Source: a virus
DNA length: 64,000 nt
Direction: 5' to 3' (one strand)
IMG/VR virus record: IMGVR_UViG_3300009130_000011
Coordinates: 1-64,000 of that record
Shown piece after piece: positions 1-10,035 of this stretch. Under the pieces are notes generated by a model, which saw nothing but the letters and a program-made list of their open reading frames with translations, searched no databases and was not told the DNA's origin. The first letter of the stretch is position 1. Each line of letters begins with the position of its first letter. A program made the position numbers and the translations under genes.

Positions 1-69
1 CGTCGGAGTTGGTGTCGCCGTCGGAGTTGGTGTCGGCGTCGGCGTCGGAGTTGGTGTCGGGGTAGACAT
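1..69 (-). CDS. N-terminus of a gene running off the window; Pro-Thr repeat (MSTPTPTPTP...), probably a virion protein
   Basis: ATG at 69, 2 nt after the stop of 72..455; codon-degenerate PT repeat. Confidence 0.6.
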   Translation of the reverse strand, partial: MSTPTPTPTPTPTPTPTATPTPT

Positions 70-71
70 TC

Positions 72-455
72 TTACCCTCCAGTTATTCTTTTATACTCCT
101 CTGAGTTTCGATCTATTACAGGCCTTGACTCAGACGCGATAGTTCCTATTCTTGCGGCATGAAAAGCCTTCCTGAGCTTATTCCTGAGGATCGGACGTGT
201 ACCAGAAGGAAATACTCCAGCCCTAACAGCCAAGGCCTGCATATCCGTCAGATTCATTTCAGCTATTTTTTGATTAAACTCTTCTTCGTCTTCCGTCCTA
301 AAAGGATTTGAACGAGTGATGCCTATTGCTTTTTCTAACCTGCGAAGCTCCTCTATTTTATCTTCCTTAGTTTGCACTTTTCCATCTGCAAACTCCATAG
401 GCTTCTTGGTTTTACTTGCGCGTGGTTTCTTAGTAGTTTTTGATTTCTTTGGCAT
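72..455 (-). CDS. hypothetical protein downstream of the major capsid gene
   Basis: 127 aa ORF with an AGGAG SD-like motif and a GTGTATA motif upstream. Confidence 0.7.
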   Translation of the reverse strand: MPKKSKTTKKPRASKTKKPMEFADGKVQTKEDKIEELRRLEKAIGITRSNPFRTEDEEEFNQKIAEMNLTDMQALAVRAGVFPSGTRPILRNKLRKAFHAARIGTIASESRPVIDRNSEEYKRITGG

Positions 456-496
456 GGTGTAACCTTTCTCCTTTTCTTATTATACCCTATATACAC

Positions 497-527
497 AAAA
501 AATCCACTCAAGAAGAGTGGATTTTTT
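497..527 (-). terminator. Rho-independent terminator after the major capsid gene
   Basis: AAAAAATCCACTC-AAGAA-GAGTGGATTTTTT hairpin with T-tracts on both strands. Confidence 0.85.
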
Positions 528-549
528 GAGAAAGAATGTCTTAACCGAA

Positions 550-1692
550 TTAAGCGGCGTCAACATGCATACCGTACAGTACGCGGTTGTCGAGGATCAT
601 ACGACCTTCTTCAACCGAACCGTAGTAACCAACTTTTTGCTGGCGGCTAACGAACTGATCATCTGGTACCAAGGAAAGCTCGGCTCCATTGTCAGCGTCG
701 CTGGCAACTGCGCGGACCATCATGTCTGCACGGCTACGATCAATACCAAGGATGAGGTCATCTTTGGTGGCATCAAAATCACCTTGAGCAACAGTCGTTA
801 ATCCACCTCCAGAACCATCAAGAAGACCATGATAGATCTTGGTGTACTTGGCTCCGGGACCAAACTCAAGAGATTCTTGAATGTTGATTCCGTAGAACTC
901 AGGAATTCCGCCGTTAGCATAGATGGACTCACGCATGGAATCTGTAGCAGCAATGCCATCTTCAGTATTAGCTGGAGCACCTCCATCAGCAGCTCTTGTA
1001 TTTACTGGATTGTATGCCATCTCGCGAAGGTTTTCAACAACCTCTGGAGAAACGATAAGGTCAGTAATTCCGCTTACTCCACCTACTGGTGTTCCGCCTG
1101 TCCAAGAAGTGTGAATTCTCTTGGAAACGGTAAGCATTTTATTAAAGTCGTGAAGAAGAACGCGGCCTTTTTGCGTGTTTGATAGTGTGTGACTAACGCT
1201 ATTTGTTTTAGCCTTAGAAAGCACCGACAAGATCATATTGGCAGAAGTCGACTCCATTTTAAGGAGAAGTTCTTGAGCCATACGAGTGAATGTCTTACTT
1301 AAAACATCCATCCGAGAGCGTGCGACATACTTCTTATCGAAGCTAAGTGCGCTGTCCAGACGATAAGTCGTGAACTTGAGCTCTTGAGTTGTTGGAGCAA
1401 CTTGATTGCTGGGAAGACCACCGGGGGCATTTTGGCTCCAGATTTCGATGTAATCTTCGTCAGTAATGTCGAAGTACAAATCCAGAGGAATGCTGGGGTT
1501 GTCGTCAGCAGTGAAGCTTAGCGTTTTAAACATGTTGCTCAAAGTAGGAGCTTGCTGGATTACCTCAGCGAGCACAGGCGCAATGAATTCTGCAAGGGCG
1601 GCTTGTGCTTCATAAGCAACGTCCCTGTCCTTGGAGGCCATTGCCTTTACGAGTTCGAGCTGTTCTTCTGTTCTTTTGAGTGTGATATTCAT
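550..1692 (-). CDS. major capsid protein (HK97-fold, inferred)
   Basis: 380 aa; last gene of the terminase-portal-protease-decoration-MCP order; followed by a strong terminator. Confidence 0.75.
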   Translation of the reverse strand: MNITLKRTEEQLELVKAMASKDRDVAYEAQAALAEFIAPVLAEVIQQAPTLSNMFKTLSFTADDNPSIPLDLYFDITDEDYIEIWSQNAPGGLPSNQVAPTTQELKFTTYRLDSALSFDKKYVARSRMDVLSKTFTRMAQELLLKMESTSANMILSVLSKAKTNSVSHTLSNTQKGRVLLHDFNKMLTVSKRIHTSWTGGTPVGGVSGITDLIVSPEVVENLREMAYNPVNTRAADGGAPANTEDGIAATDSMRESIYANGGIPEFYGINIQESLEFGPGAKYTKIYHGLLDGSGGGLTTVAQGDFDATKDDLILGIDRSRADMMVRAVASDADNGAELSLVPDDQFVSRQQKVGYYGSVEEGRMILDNRVLYGMHVDAA

Positions 1693-1723
1693 TGTTATAG
1701 TGTCCCTGAGTTAAAGTTTGAAA

Positions 1724-2398
1724 TTAAAGTTCGATCTTAACCAAGGCAAAAGTACCTTCGTGAATGTCAATATTGGATGGGCCTTGCTTGGTGCGAGAAC
1801 CAATAGCGAGTACTGTTCCGATTCTAACGCCGGTAGAAACTTTCGTTGACATGCATCCGTCGGCCAATGCGTAAATCGCTGCACCAGCTTTTAACGAATT
1901 GTCAGCTTTAGAATCGGCAATTGCCTTGCTATCAACCATGATTAGACCTTTAGTAAGAACTGGAACTACTTGGCCGGGAGATACTGCCATGTACTCATCT
2001 TTCTTTACGGGGTAACGAAGTAAGCTCTCTCCGTTTTCGTCGTACTTAGCAGTTTGGCGAAGGGTGACCCCAAATACAGATTCTCCAGCACTGCCTGCAG
2101 ATGCAGCCATTTCAAGAGAAGCAGATGGGTATCCATTTGATCCCAAGTGGGGGATCGTATGATTGCCCATCATGTAGTTATTGGTATCTGCGCCGTAGGT
2201 TACTGGAGCCTTATTAAGGTCCCAACCTTCGGGGGCGGCGTCCGCAGCATGAGCGGTTGACGTTAATTTTACAACTACTCCGGCGTCACCTTTACCTATT
2301 GTGGTAAGTTTATCGTTTACGTCGGCAGCAGCAAGCGCGAATAAATTAATGACGTCGTGTTCGTCATAATCTCTGAATGGTAGAAGTCGATTAGCCAT
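1724..2398 (-). CDS. capsid decoration/cement protein (putative)
   Basis: 224 aa, Gly/Ala-rich; lies between protease/scaffold and MCP. Confidence 0.55.
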   Translation of the reverse strand: MANRLLPFRDYDEHDVINLFALAAADVNDKLTTIGKGDAGVVVKLTSTAHAADAAPEGWDLNKAPVTYGADTNNYMMGNHTIPHLGSNGYPSASLEMAASAGSAGESVFGVTLRQTAKYDENGESLLRYPVKKDEYMAVSPGQVVPVLTKGLIMVDSKAIADSKADNSLKAGAAIYALADGCMSTKVSTGVRIGTVLAIGSRTKQGPSNIDIHEGTFALVKIEL

Positions 2399-2404
2399 TG
2401 TAGT

Positions 2405-4021
2405 TTAGTAGTTAACAGTTACGTGTTCTTTAGTGAAAGCTTGTTTGAATTTTTGCTTTAGTGTGAGTTCTTCTTCAGAAGCTTCTGCATTGTTATTAGC
2501 AACAACTTCGTCAGTTTCTTCTGCATTTTCCAATGCGGAGTCAACGACTTCTTCTGTTACTTCTTCTGTTGCAGGCTCTTCTGAAGCTGTCGAAAGTTCG
2601 GCGAGACGTTTTTCAACTTCTTCGTCGATTTTTTCTTTCAAAGATTCTTCTTGCTTAGCGATGTGCTCCTTATTCTTATGGGCCCAGACTACAGCAAGTT
2701 TTTCTTGGTATTCCGAAAATGATTCTTCGGACTCGTCAAGCGACTTGATTTCAGCAACAAGAATTTTGCTGTCATCTTCGCTTAGTTCATAAATTTCATT
2801 CACAGCAGCCATGCGGACTTGAAACCTTTCAGCAGCTTCGCGAACCTTGTTATCCTCTTCGAGCTGACTAAGGGACTCTTTCGTGTCCTTCAGTTGGCCT
2901 TCGAGATCAGAAACTTTGGTTTCGAAATCTGCTTGAGCTTTTAATAGATTTTCCTTTTCAGCCTTAGCTTGGTCAATTTCTTGGACGTACTGTTCGTTCT
3001 TTTCCTTAATGGCGTCACGAAAGATTTGTCCGAGATTGGCAACTGCTTCGTCCGAAAAGCTCTTTTCTGACTTTACGTCTTTAAGCGCTTTGGTGAATTC
3101 TTCGATGAGTTGAGAGTTTTCCATAACTTTTTTGGTGTTTGTTGTTTTTACATGCTCTTCGGAGCATTGGGAAATTATTTCTTTATTATTTTTAATTTTT
3201 TTTAAAAATTCTAAATTATTTATATAAAAACTTTTATATTCTGCATAGTCCTCTTCTTTTTCTTCTTGTTTTTCGGGACTGGATTTTTCTACATGAATTC
3301 CTTTTACATCTGCAGCGGGGTTAGTAGTAAAGCCGATACCTAAAGGATAAACGTCTCCACTAAGCAATCTATAAACTGGCGATCCGTCTTTTGTTTGACC
3401 CTCGCCCTGATTGCATTTTAAAAATTTTGAATATTCTTTTATTCCATTTGCTTCTGTAATGATTTCACATTCAGATAGATTCTTGCTTCCTACTGCAATT
3501 ACGTAATCATTGAAGCCTACTTCCCAGCTCGCTGAAATATATTCATTATAGCTACCCTCTGTATTAGCCATCATCTCGATCATTTGAGCGAAAGGCCCGC
3601 CAGCCATTTTATATAAAACAGCGGCCAAAGAAATATTAAAAGGTTGAAAAGTTCCAGAAGCTTCGGTCTTTGATAAAATCTTACTATCTCCATATGTAGA
3701 AAAAGAGCTAGATACAATATGTCCAACTATATTATCTCTTTCGTGTTCTACATTGGTTGGCTTATGATTAAAGTAGTCTACTACGGCAAGAGCTGTTTCA
3801 GTATCTATGCCGTCACCGTTTTTATTAAACATATTTACCACGGCAGCGTTGAATGCAACTGCCACTAAATCAACGTTCTGCTCGAAGTCGATATCATCAG
3901 GGATCAGCGGTCTAAGAGACTCAAGTGAAGCTTCGGTAATATTCATCTGCGGATCATCCACAGAAGAAGAAGCTGTTATTTCCCCAGTAAATTTTGTAAT
4001 ATATTTAAAAGGCCTTTTCAT
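2405..4021 (-). CDS. prohead protease with C-terminal acidic coiled-coil scaffold
   Basis: N-terminal NKNGDG...NVEH...ISASWEVGF...GIGFTTNPA protease-like motifs; C-terminal E/K-rich coiled coil; synteny. Confidence 0.7.
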   Translation of the reverse strand: MKRPFKYITKFTGEITASSSVDDPQMNITEASLESLRPLIPDDIDFEQNVDLVAVAFNAAVVNMFNKNGDGIDTETALAVVDYFNHKPTNVEHERDNIVGHIVSSSFSTYGDSKILSKTEASGTFQPFNISLAAVLYKMAGGPFAQMIEMMANTEGSYNEYISASWEVGFNDYVIAVGSKNLSECEIITEANGIKEYSKFLKCNQGEGQTKDGSPVYRLLSGDVYPLGIGFTTNPAADVKGIHVEKSSPEKQEEKEEDYAEYKSFYINNLEFLKKIKNNKEIISQCSEEHVKTTNTKKVMENSQLIEEFTKALKDVKSEKSFSDEAVANLGQIFRDAIKEKNEQYVQEIDQAKAEKENLLKAQADFETKVSDLEGQLKDTKESLSQLEEDNKVREAAERFQVRMAAVNEIYELSEDDSKILVAEIKSLDESEESFSEYQEKLAVVWAHKNKEHIAKQEESLKEKIDEEVEKRLAELSTASEEPATEEVTEEVVDSALENAEETDEVVANNNAEASEEELTLKQKFKQAFTKEHVTVNY

Positions 4022-4065
4022 GCATTCTAGGTATTATACACAAAAAGATTGTAATTTACAAAAGT

Positions 4066-6108
4066 TTATTCTTCAGAGTGATATAGAATTGCCGAAGGGT
4101 ACTGCTCTAACTCATGGGTAGCAGAAATATCAAGGACTCCTTGTATTGAGGATAGCTTTTCCAGTTCATCAATATTTTTTATGCACGCATCAACAGAAGA
4201 TTCCCATTCATCTTTTTCTTTTGCGCACACAACAGCTTCAACAAAGCTATCAAGCATTTCGCTCTGCTGCTTGTTAAGCCTCTTTACTGAAAATTTATCT
4301 TTAATACTCTTTGTAGCGTGAGATCTCAAAGACTCTATTTTATATACAGTTTCTTGAATATTCTTTCTGCTATAATTTGGCCTACCAGATTCAGACGCAG
4401 TTGCACCCGGCGGACGCCCGTTTTGATTGGGAGTTACCTGCTGATTAAGATTTTGAGGTGCAGCTGGAGCGGGTTTAGACTTTATTGCTTTCTCTTTAAT
4501 CTCTCTTTCTTCTTCAGCGCCAGCAGCTTCAACAGCGGGCACTCCGCCAACCAGAGGATTATAATAACCCTTCTCCCTTTCCTTTGTATATTGTTCTTGA
4601 GCAGGAGACAGCTCTTCTGGCTTCGGATAAATTCCGGTTTTTATTACGTCTACCCCTTGCTGAGGAGTAAGTATACCAATTTCCATAAGTCTCGTAGCCA
4701 CTCTTTGAAGCTGAACTTCGTCCTTTATATCTAGTTGCTCAAATCTTGCTGCAGGAAATTTTCTGAATCCCAGATTTCTACATATTAGTTTTATTTGTGG
4801 CTGAATAAAATCATGAATAAAAGCGTGTCTAGCTTCTTTTAATCTTTCTAAGAATATCTCTGCCTTAACCTGAGTGTTTGCAAATTTTTCATTACCAACT
4901 ACTACATTCTGTAGGCCTTCCCTAATATCATTGTTAACAATTTCATACTTGTCGGGGCCAATTATTTTTGATATATCAGGTATAATAAATTCTGCTTCTG
5001 TAGTATAGTCACTAACCAGCACCCTGCCCACGCTTTCGTTTTGGAAGAGCGCTTGCATCGCATGTAAGTTGTTTGCATTAATACCTCCTTTATCAGGCTC
5101 GGCGCCCATTGTTATAAGGAGTATTACATTTTCAATTGTTCTGCTTACTGCTTGATCAATCTTTTTAAGTTCTAGCTTCCAGTTAATATCATCTAATACA
5201 GGAAACCCAAAAGGCACGGCAAAAGGCTCGTAGTCTTGTTTTTTATAAAAACTATAAGAAAGTTTCTCAGGTTCTAAATCTATATAAATTCCTGTGTCTA
5301 GAAATTGACCCTTTTTAATTTCAGCTTTCTTTTCTTCTGGAAGCGCGTCAAATATTGCCTTATCTTCTTCTGTCGTTGGGTTTCTTAATCGCTCGAGATC
5401 ATACTTCGACAAAACCTTCCTAAAGTTAGACCCAGAAAATGAGGTCTTTGGCTTCATGGCAATATCAAAAGGATTCAAAAGAATATATTTTATTGGAATA
5501 TGATTTGCCTTAAGCTGTCCGGCTGCGCCGTACACTTTAGTCAATTTAGCAAAGTCTTCTGTGCTGAATTTTCCATCAATTCTATATAGAAAAATATTCC
5601 CCGTTTTATAGTATTCCCTAAAATACTGATCTTTTAAGCTCCAGATATTTATTTTCTCAAACCACTTCTCCACAAAAGCTCGAGCTTTTTCTGAGCCTCC
5701 TTCCAACTTTATTTCAGAGTTAGTCAACTCCGACATAATGTCAATAGCGTTCTTGAATATAGAGATATTTGCGTAAGCTTTTTGACATAAATCTATTGTA
5801 TCTTTTATGTTTATTCCATCTGCTCCATACTCATAAGGAAGCATTCCTTTTCTTATGTTAGCGAATCGCCGCTCCTTATCCCCAGATGTAATTGCATTGC
5901 GCCTGCCAAGTGTTCTAGTGCCTTCACTAGTTTTCCTGACATATGATGAGGCATCAGCTTCTATATAATAAGGTTGCCCTGCGGACTGAGGCTCAGTATC
6001 TTCCGCTTTTGTTTTAAAGAAGTCCTCTACAGACCCTACTCCTTCACCCTTGTCTTGATCGAACTTATCCCAATAAGAAGACTTTTTATTATACTTTCTT
6101 TTTGCCAT
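4066..6108 (-). CDS. portal protein (putative)
   Basis: 680 aa between large terminase and protease; EYYKTGNIFLY and PFAVPFGFPVL portal-like segments. Confidence 0.7.
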   Translation of the reverse strand: MAKRKYNKKSSYWDKFDQDKGEGVGSVEDFFKTKAEDTEPQSAGQPYYIEADASSYVRKTSEGTRTLGRRNAITSGDKERRFANIRKGMLPYEYGADGINIKDTIDLCQKAYANISIFKNAIDIMSELTNSEIKLEGGSEKARAFVEKWFEKINIWSLKDQYFREYYKTGNIFLYRIDGKFSTEDFAKLTKVYGAAGQLKANHIPIKYILLNPFDIAMKPKTSFSGSNFRKVLSKYDLERLRNPTTEEDKAIFDALPEEKKAEIKKGQFLDTGIYIDLEPEKLSYSFYKKQDYEPFAVPFGFPVLDDINWKLELKKIDQAVSRTIENVILLITMGAEPDKGGINANNLHAMQALFQNESVGRVLVSDYTTEAEFIIPDISKIIGPDKYEIVNNDIREGLQNVVVGNEKFANTQVKAEIFLERLKEARHAFIHDFIQPQIKLICRNLGFRKFPAARFEQLDIKDEVQLQRVATRLMEIGILTPQQGVDVIKTGIYPKPEELSPAQEQYTKEREKGYYNPLVGGVPAVEAAGAEEEREIKEKAIKSKPAPAAPQNLNQQVTPNQNGRPPGATASESGRPNYSRKNIQETVYKIESLRSHATKSIKDKFSVKRLNKQQSEMLDSFVEAVVCAKEKDEWESSVDACIKNIDELEKLSSIQGVLDISATHELEQYPSAILYHSEE

Positions 6109-6176
6109 AATGAAGTATTATACACGAAAGAACGGGCAAAGTCAAAGTTAAAGTTAAACAAAGTTAAAGTTGACTT

Positions 6177-8054
6177 TTAACTTACGAACATTGGCGTGAA
6201 TGTAACTTGCGTCTCATCCTTGGGCGCGTGCATCATATCATAGTATACTTTTATCATCCAGTTGCCTAGCACCAAAGCAGAGTAAGAGTCTTTTCTTAGC
6301 TTGTCTGGACCCGTCTGTCTTCTTAGCTCTAGGGGTAAATCAAAAGTTTGAGTTCCTTGAGGGGAAGTGGATATCTGAATTAACGCGCATTCAGATTTGG
6401 CAAGATCTATCATATCACTTTGATGTTCTACAAAGTCTATCATTTTTGCAGATTCAGCCTGTTTATCCACATCAGCATGAACGGAAAATTTTATTTTTTT
6501 AATTGGTATTTTCTTTTTTCTTTGTGCGTGGTAGGAATCGTCTACAGCCCGACCGGCAAACTTAATTCTTTTATGGTCGAAGTTTGCTTGCAGGAGTTCG
6601 TTAGCTCTTCTTATCCAAGGGCTAGATGGTTTTTGTAAATAGCAAATTCTTTTATCGGGTAAATTATATTGTTTTTTTGCTTCTTTTATTACGGAGGGAT
6701 AATCAACGACATTTGTAAAATCTACGTCTTTTATTTGGTCGATTTTAAGTTTATCTTTTTTAAATATAGAGCTTTCGTTTGCAGCGCTAAGAAATTGAAC
6801 GCCTCCATTATAGTCTCCAACAATAGATACTATATTAAAATTAGTAAGTAGATAATGAAAGTATTTTATGTGTTCTCTTAATGTTGTCCCCGGCAAAGCA
6901 TAGCCGTGAACCATTGTGCCTATTTTCTTTTCGTCATCGAGTTTAAATACTTGCATTGCAAAATTATCTGAGCTCTCAGATTCTGCCCAGCTCGGGTCAA
7001 AAGATAAAATGTACTTTGATTCTGGCTCGCCTTTTATTTCTACATGAGTTCCTTGCCCATCTGGTATTGTGCAGGCAGCCATTGTTGATGTTTTAAAATA
7101 TCCAGAGCTGTCATCGGTAAATATTGCGCCAAATTCTCTTTCAAACTGACTTTGACTCATGCTAGATTTTGCTTGGGTAATAAGATTTTGATCGTAAAGC
7201 TGTTTTGGCGCGCAATCATAGCTAAACTTCATTATTGCTCTTCTTGCTGAGGCTGGATCCTGAGTCCCGCTCGAAATTAATTCTTCAAATTGCTCATACA
7301 GCTTATACATATACTCAAATTTGTAACACGCAGAAGACAGCATAATTAATTTATTGTTCGGCCAAATATGCTTGTCTTTTCTTTCCATTTTTCCCTGCAA
7401 TATCAACTCTTCTTCGGCTTGGTCAAGATCTTCTCTCTCGGTAGGGTTTTCTACTACGGAAAGGAAGGGCACAATAACCTCATTATAAATTCTTTCTGGC
7501 ATCAATGCAAACTCATCAATGATAATGCGATGAAATCTAAACCCACGGAGCTTATCTCCATCACCAAGTGGAAGGGCTCTTATTCTCGATGACCCAATCT
7601 CCATCAGCCACTCGTCATTGCTTTTGCTTTTCTTTGTTATGCACTGCGCCAGAAATCCAGCTTCAGGCTTTGCGGCAATGTCCTCGATTTTTTTGAAGAT
7701 CATTTTTGCCTGCCTAAAAGACTTTGATAAAATACCTATCTCGACACCTTGGTTTAAAATAGCATCTAAAAAAGCATATATTCCCGTGGTAAAAGATTTA
7801 GACATGCCTCGAGACCAAACTCCCATAAAGTAATCTGATTCAAACATGCTTTTGATTGCAAGATGCTGAAAAGGAAATAGCTTTACCCCAGAAACCAAGT
7901 CAACCGTAAAAGTCATATTGCTCCTCAAGAATTTGTAAAGCGCTATCTTGGCCTCATTCTCATCTAAATACCCTTCGAGCTCCATAAGCTCTTTATTTAA
8001 CTGCTCCGAGCCTTTCGTTACTGGAGTAGGATTGCCTCCCTCTTCCCAAGTCAT
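6177..8054 (-). CDS. terminase large subunit
   Basis: Walker A-like SRGMSKS, LRGFRFHRIIIDE Walker B, FEREFGAIF, C-terminal RNase H-like LSFDPS...RKDSYSA. Confidence 0.88.
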   Translation of the reverse strand: MTWEEGGNPTPVTKGSEQLNKELMELEGYLDENEAKIALYKFLRSNMTFTVDLVSGVKLFPFQHLAIKSMFESDYFMGVWSRGMSKSFTTGIYAFLDAILNQGVEIGILSKSFRQAKMIFKKIEDIAAKPEAGFLAQCITKKSKSNDEWLMEIGSSRIRALPLGDGDKLRGFRFHRIIIDEFALMPERIYNEVIVPFLSVVENPTEREDLDQAEEELILQGKMERKDKHIWPNNKLIMLSSACYKFEYMYKLYEQFEELISSGTQDPASARRAIMKFSYDCAPKQLYDQNLITQAKSSMSQSQFEREFGAIFTDDSSGYFKTSTMAACTIPDGQGTHVEIKGEPESKYILSFDPSWAESESSDNFAMQVFKLDDEKKIGTMVHGYALPGTTLREHIKYFHYLLTNFNIVSIVGDYNGGVQFLSAANESSIFKKDKLKIDQIKDVDFTNVVDYPSVIKEAKKQYNLPDKRICYLQKPSSPWIRRANELLQANFDHKRIKFAGRAVDDSYHAQRKKKIPIKKIKFSVHADVDKQAESAKMIDFVEHQSDMIDLAKSECALIQISTSPQGTQTFDLPLELRRQTGPDKLRKDSYSALVLGNWMIKVYYDMMHAPKDETQVTFTPMFVS

Positions 8055-8989
8055 GACTTCCTTCCTTTCAGCCAGTCACCCATGTAATGCTGTAAATCAA
8101 CGTTCCATATCTTCTCTTGATGGTGCAGAATCCTAGGGATTAAGTCCTCTGAATTTTCTCTACTTCCAGAAAAAACAAATTGGCAGCGCCCCGCGAACTC
8201 GTGCCCGATATCTATAATGTTGTGCCAAAGATACTCGAGATTACTTTTATGTTGCCACCGTTGGTTATTGTTTTTGTAAATATTTTGAATACTACTTTCT
8301 ATCACAATGAACAAATATCCATTTAGATCTACTGCTCGATTGATTTCTTTTTTAAATCTATCTAAATTCTTTTTTACCGTAAAAGTGCTCTTGAAATCGC
8401 TTTCGCTTTTCCGGTCAACGAACGTCAGCGTGCTTTCGTCAGTTAGAGCGTAGTCTCCAATGTCGAGCTTCTTTTTAACAAAGCACGGGAAATTTAAAGG
8501 TTGCTTTTCTCTCGTGTCTACTATAATTTCCATCTCTCTTGAGATCTCTACATCGAAAAAGTCTGCAGGCAGCCTTTCGCTAAATAGAGGTTCGACATTT
8601 ACTAATTCACAAACACGAGTAAAGCTTCCGTAATGCTTTTGGTATTCCTCTATTTCTGGCAGCATTCTTAACTGTAATTCTAGATGGCTTGGCCCGTGAG
8701 ATAAATTCTTTTCTTCTACTCGTGCCCTCAAAAGTTTTAATATATAAGACTTTACAGTTTCATCGGGGTTTGTTTTGCACCATTTTTTAAGTTGAGTTCT
8801 AGTGGTAAAATCTCTGGAGAAATAGTCTTTTTTATTTTTATATGGTAGTCTTTCTCCAGTAAGTAAATTATATCTTGGATGAAAAGTTGTATAGTACTCG
8901 GCCAAGGTTACAGAATGCACCTTAATATGTTTTGTTAAAGCTTCTTCGGAATCGAACTCTTCCTTGCAAATTTTGCATTGAAATTTCAT
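8051..8989 (-). CDS. C2H2 zinc finger plus ERCC4 (XPF/Mus81-like) nuclease domain protein
   Basis: CKIC-x12-HIKVH at the N-terminus; IIVDTREKQP...LDIGDY...VDRKSESDF ERCC4 motifs. Confidence 0.75.
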   Translation of the reverse strand: MKFQCKICKEEFDSEEALTKHIKVHSVTLAEYYTTFHPRYNLLTGERLPYKNKKDYFSRDFTTRTQLKKWCKTNPDETVKSYILKLLRARVEEKNLSHGPSHLELQLRMLPEIEEYQKHYGSFTRVCELVNVEPLFSERLPADFFDVEISREMEIIVDTREKQPLNFPCFVKKKLDIGDYALTDESTLTFVDRKSESDFKSTFTVKKNLDRFKKEINRAVDLNGYLFIVIESSIQNIYKNNNQRWQHKSNLEYLWHNIIDIGHEFAGRCQFVFSGSRENSEDLIPRILHHQEKIWNVDLQHYMGDWLKGRKS

Positions 8990-10035
8990 TAAACCGCATC
9001 GTTCTTAGTTATCCCTAATACCCTAGCTTTCCATTCAGGCATTTTTTCAAGTTCCTCGACCTCTTCTTCGACAGCTTTGCGCTGCAGCTCTGCGATCTTT
9101 ATCATAATCTTTCTCTCCTCTTCGGATTGAAAAACTTGCACTAAATTAAGCAGACTTGCATTCTGTTTTTGCTTTGCTAAAATTCTTTTTGATCTATCTC
9201 CTTGCAATTTTTGAATCAATGACTCCATTCTTTTTTCGCATTGATTGTATTCTTCGCTTTTTGTTTTTAAAAGCTCCGCCAACCTTACGGTCATTTCTTG
9301 CTGAGTTTCTGCATTATCAAACATAGCGTTCAGCTTATCCATCGCCTTGGAAATATGCTTAATATTAATGTATTCCATGCATACATTTATATATAAATTA
9401 ATTTCGTCTGAGGTGAGGTCGGGCTTATCCCATGTTGCTCTAATAAATTCTGATTCAAATAGTTCTCTGTCTAAATCATTTGAGTATCCACTGACCACCT
9501 GAACAAATCTAGGAGATTGCAAATAATTCATCAATTGCTCTATACAGAGCCTTTGCTGCATATTAATCTCTTCTTTTTCTAGAGAAGTTCCTGCGCAGAT
9601 ATTAATTTTACTTAAAACTCCCTCAAAAGCTTTTTCGGGGATATATTTTTTACTTTTTTCTGCGTCGCTAAGACGGTCTTTATTAGATTCTTTTATGTAT
9701 TTCTGAACAACTAAAGTGGGCTTACTTAGAGGCGTTATCTCTCTGCTCGGGAAAACCATCGTCGCAATCTGATAAGAGTTTAGCCCCTCTTCTGAGTAAG
9801 TATCAATTATAGCTTTATCATCGTCGGATAGCTCAATATCTTCGACAAGGTCTACCTTACTTGTTTTATACTCAATGCCTTCCAGCCTCATGAATTCTCT
9901 AACAGCTCTTCCTTCTTTTGTTCTTCCGTCTAGATATGGATCCTCAAAAACATTTCTAGTCATGTCGGTAAGGTTCGGGTATTTTTTAACATTTTCCCGT
10001 ATAAACTTTTTTTGCTCTTCTGATAAATCGCTCAT
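8989..10035 (-). CDS. hypothetical coiled-coil protein (possible terminase small subunit)
   Basis: 348 aa with a C-terminal coiled coil; two genes upstream of TerL. Confidence 0.45.
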   Translation of the reverse strand: MSDLSEEQKKFIRENVKKYPNLTDMTRNVFEDPYLDGRTKEGRAVREFMRLEGIEYKTSKVDLVEDIELSDDDKAIIDTYSEEGLNSYQIATMVFPSREITPLSKPTLVVQKYIKESNKDRLSDAEKSKKYIPEKAFEGVLSKINICAGTSLEKEEINMQQRLCIEQLMNYLQSPRFVQVVSGYSNDLDRELFESEFIRATWDKPDLTSDEINLYINVCMEYINIKHISKAMDKLNAMFDNAETQQEMTVRLAELLKTKSEEYNQCEKRMESLIQKLQGDRSKRILAKQKQNASLLNLVQVFQSEEERKIMIKIAELQRKAVEEEVEELEKMPEWKARVLGITKNDAV

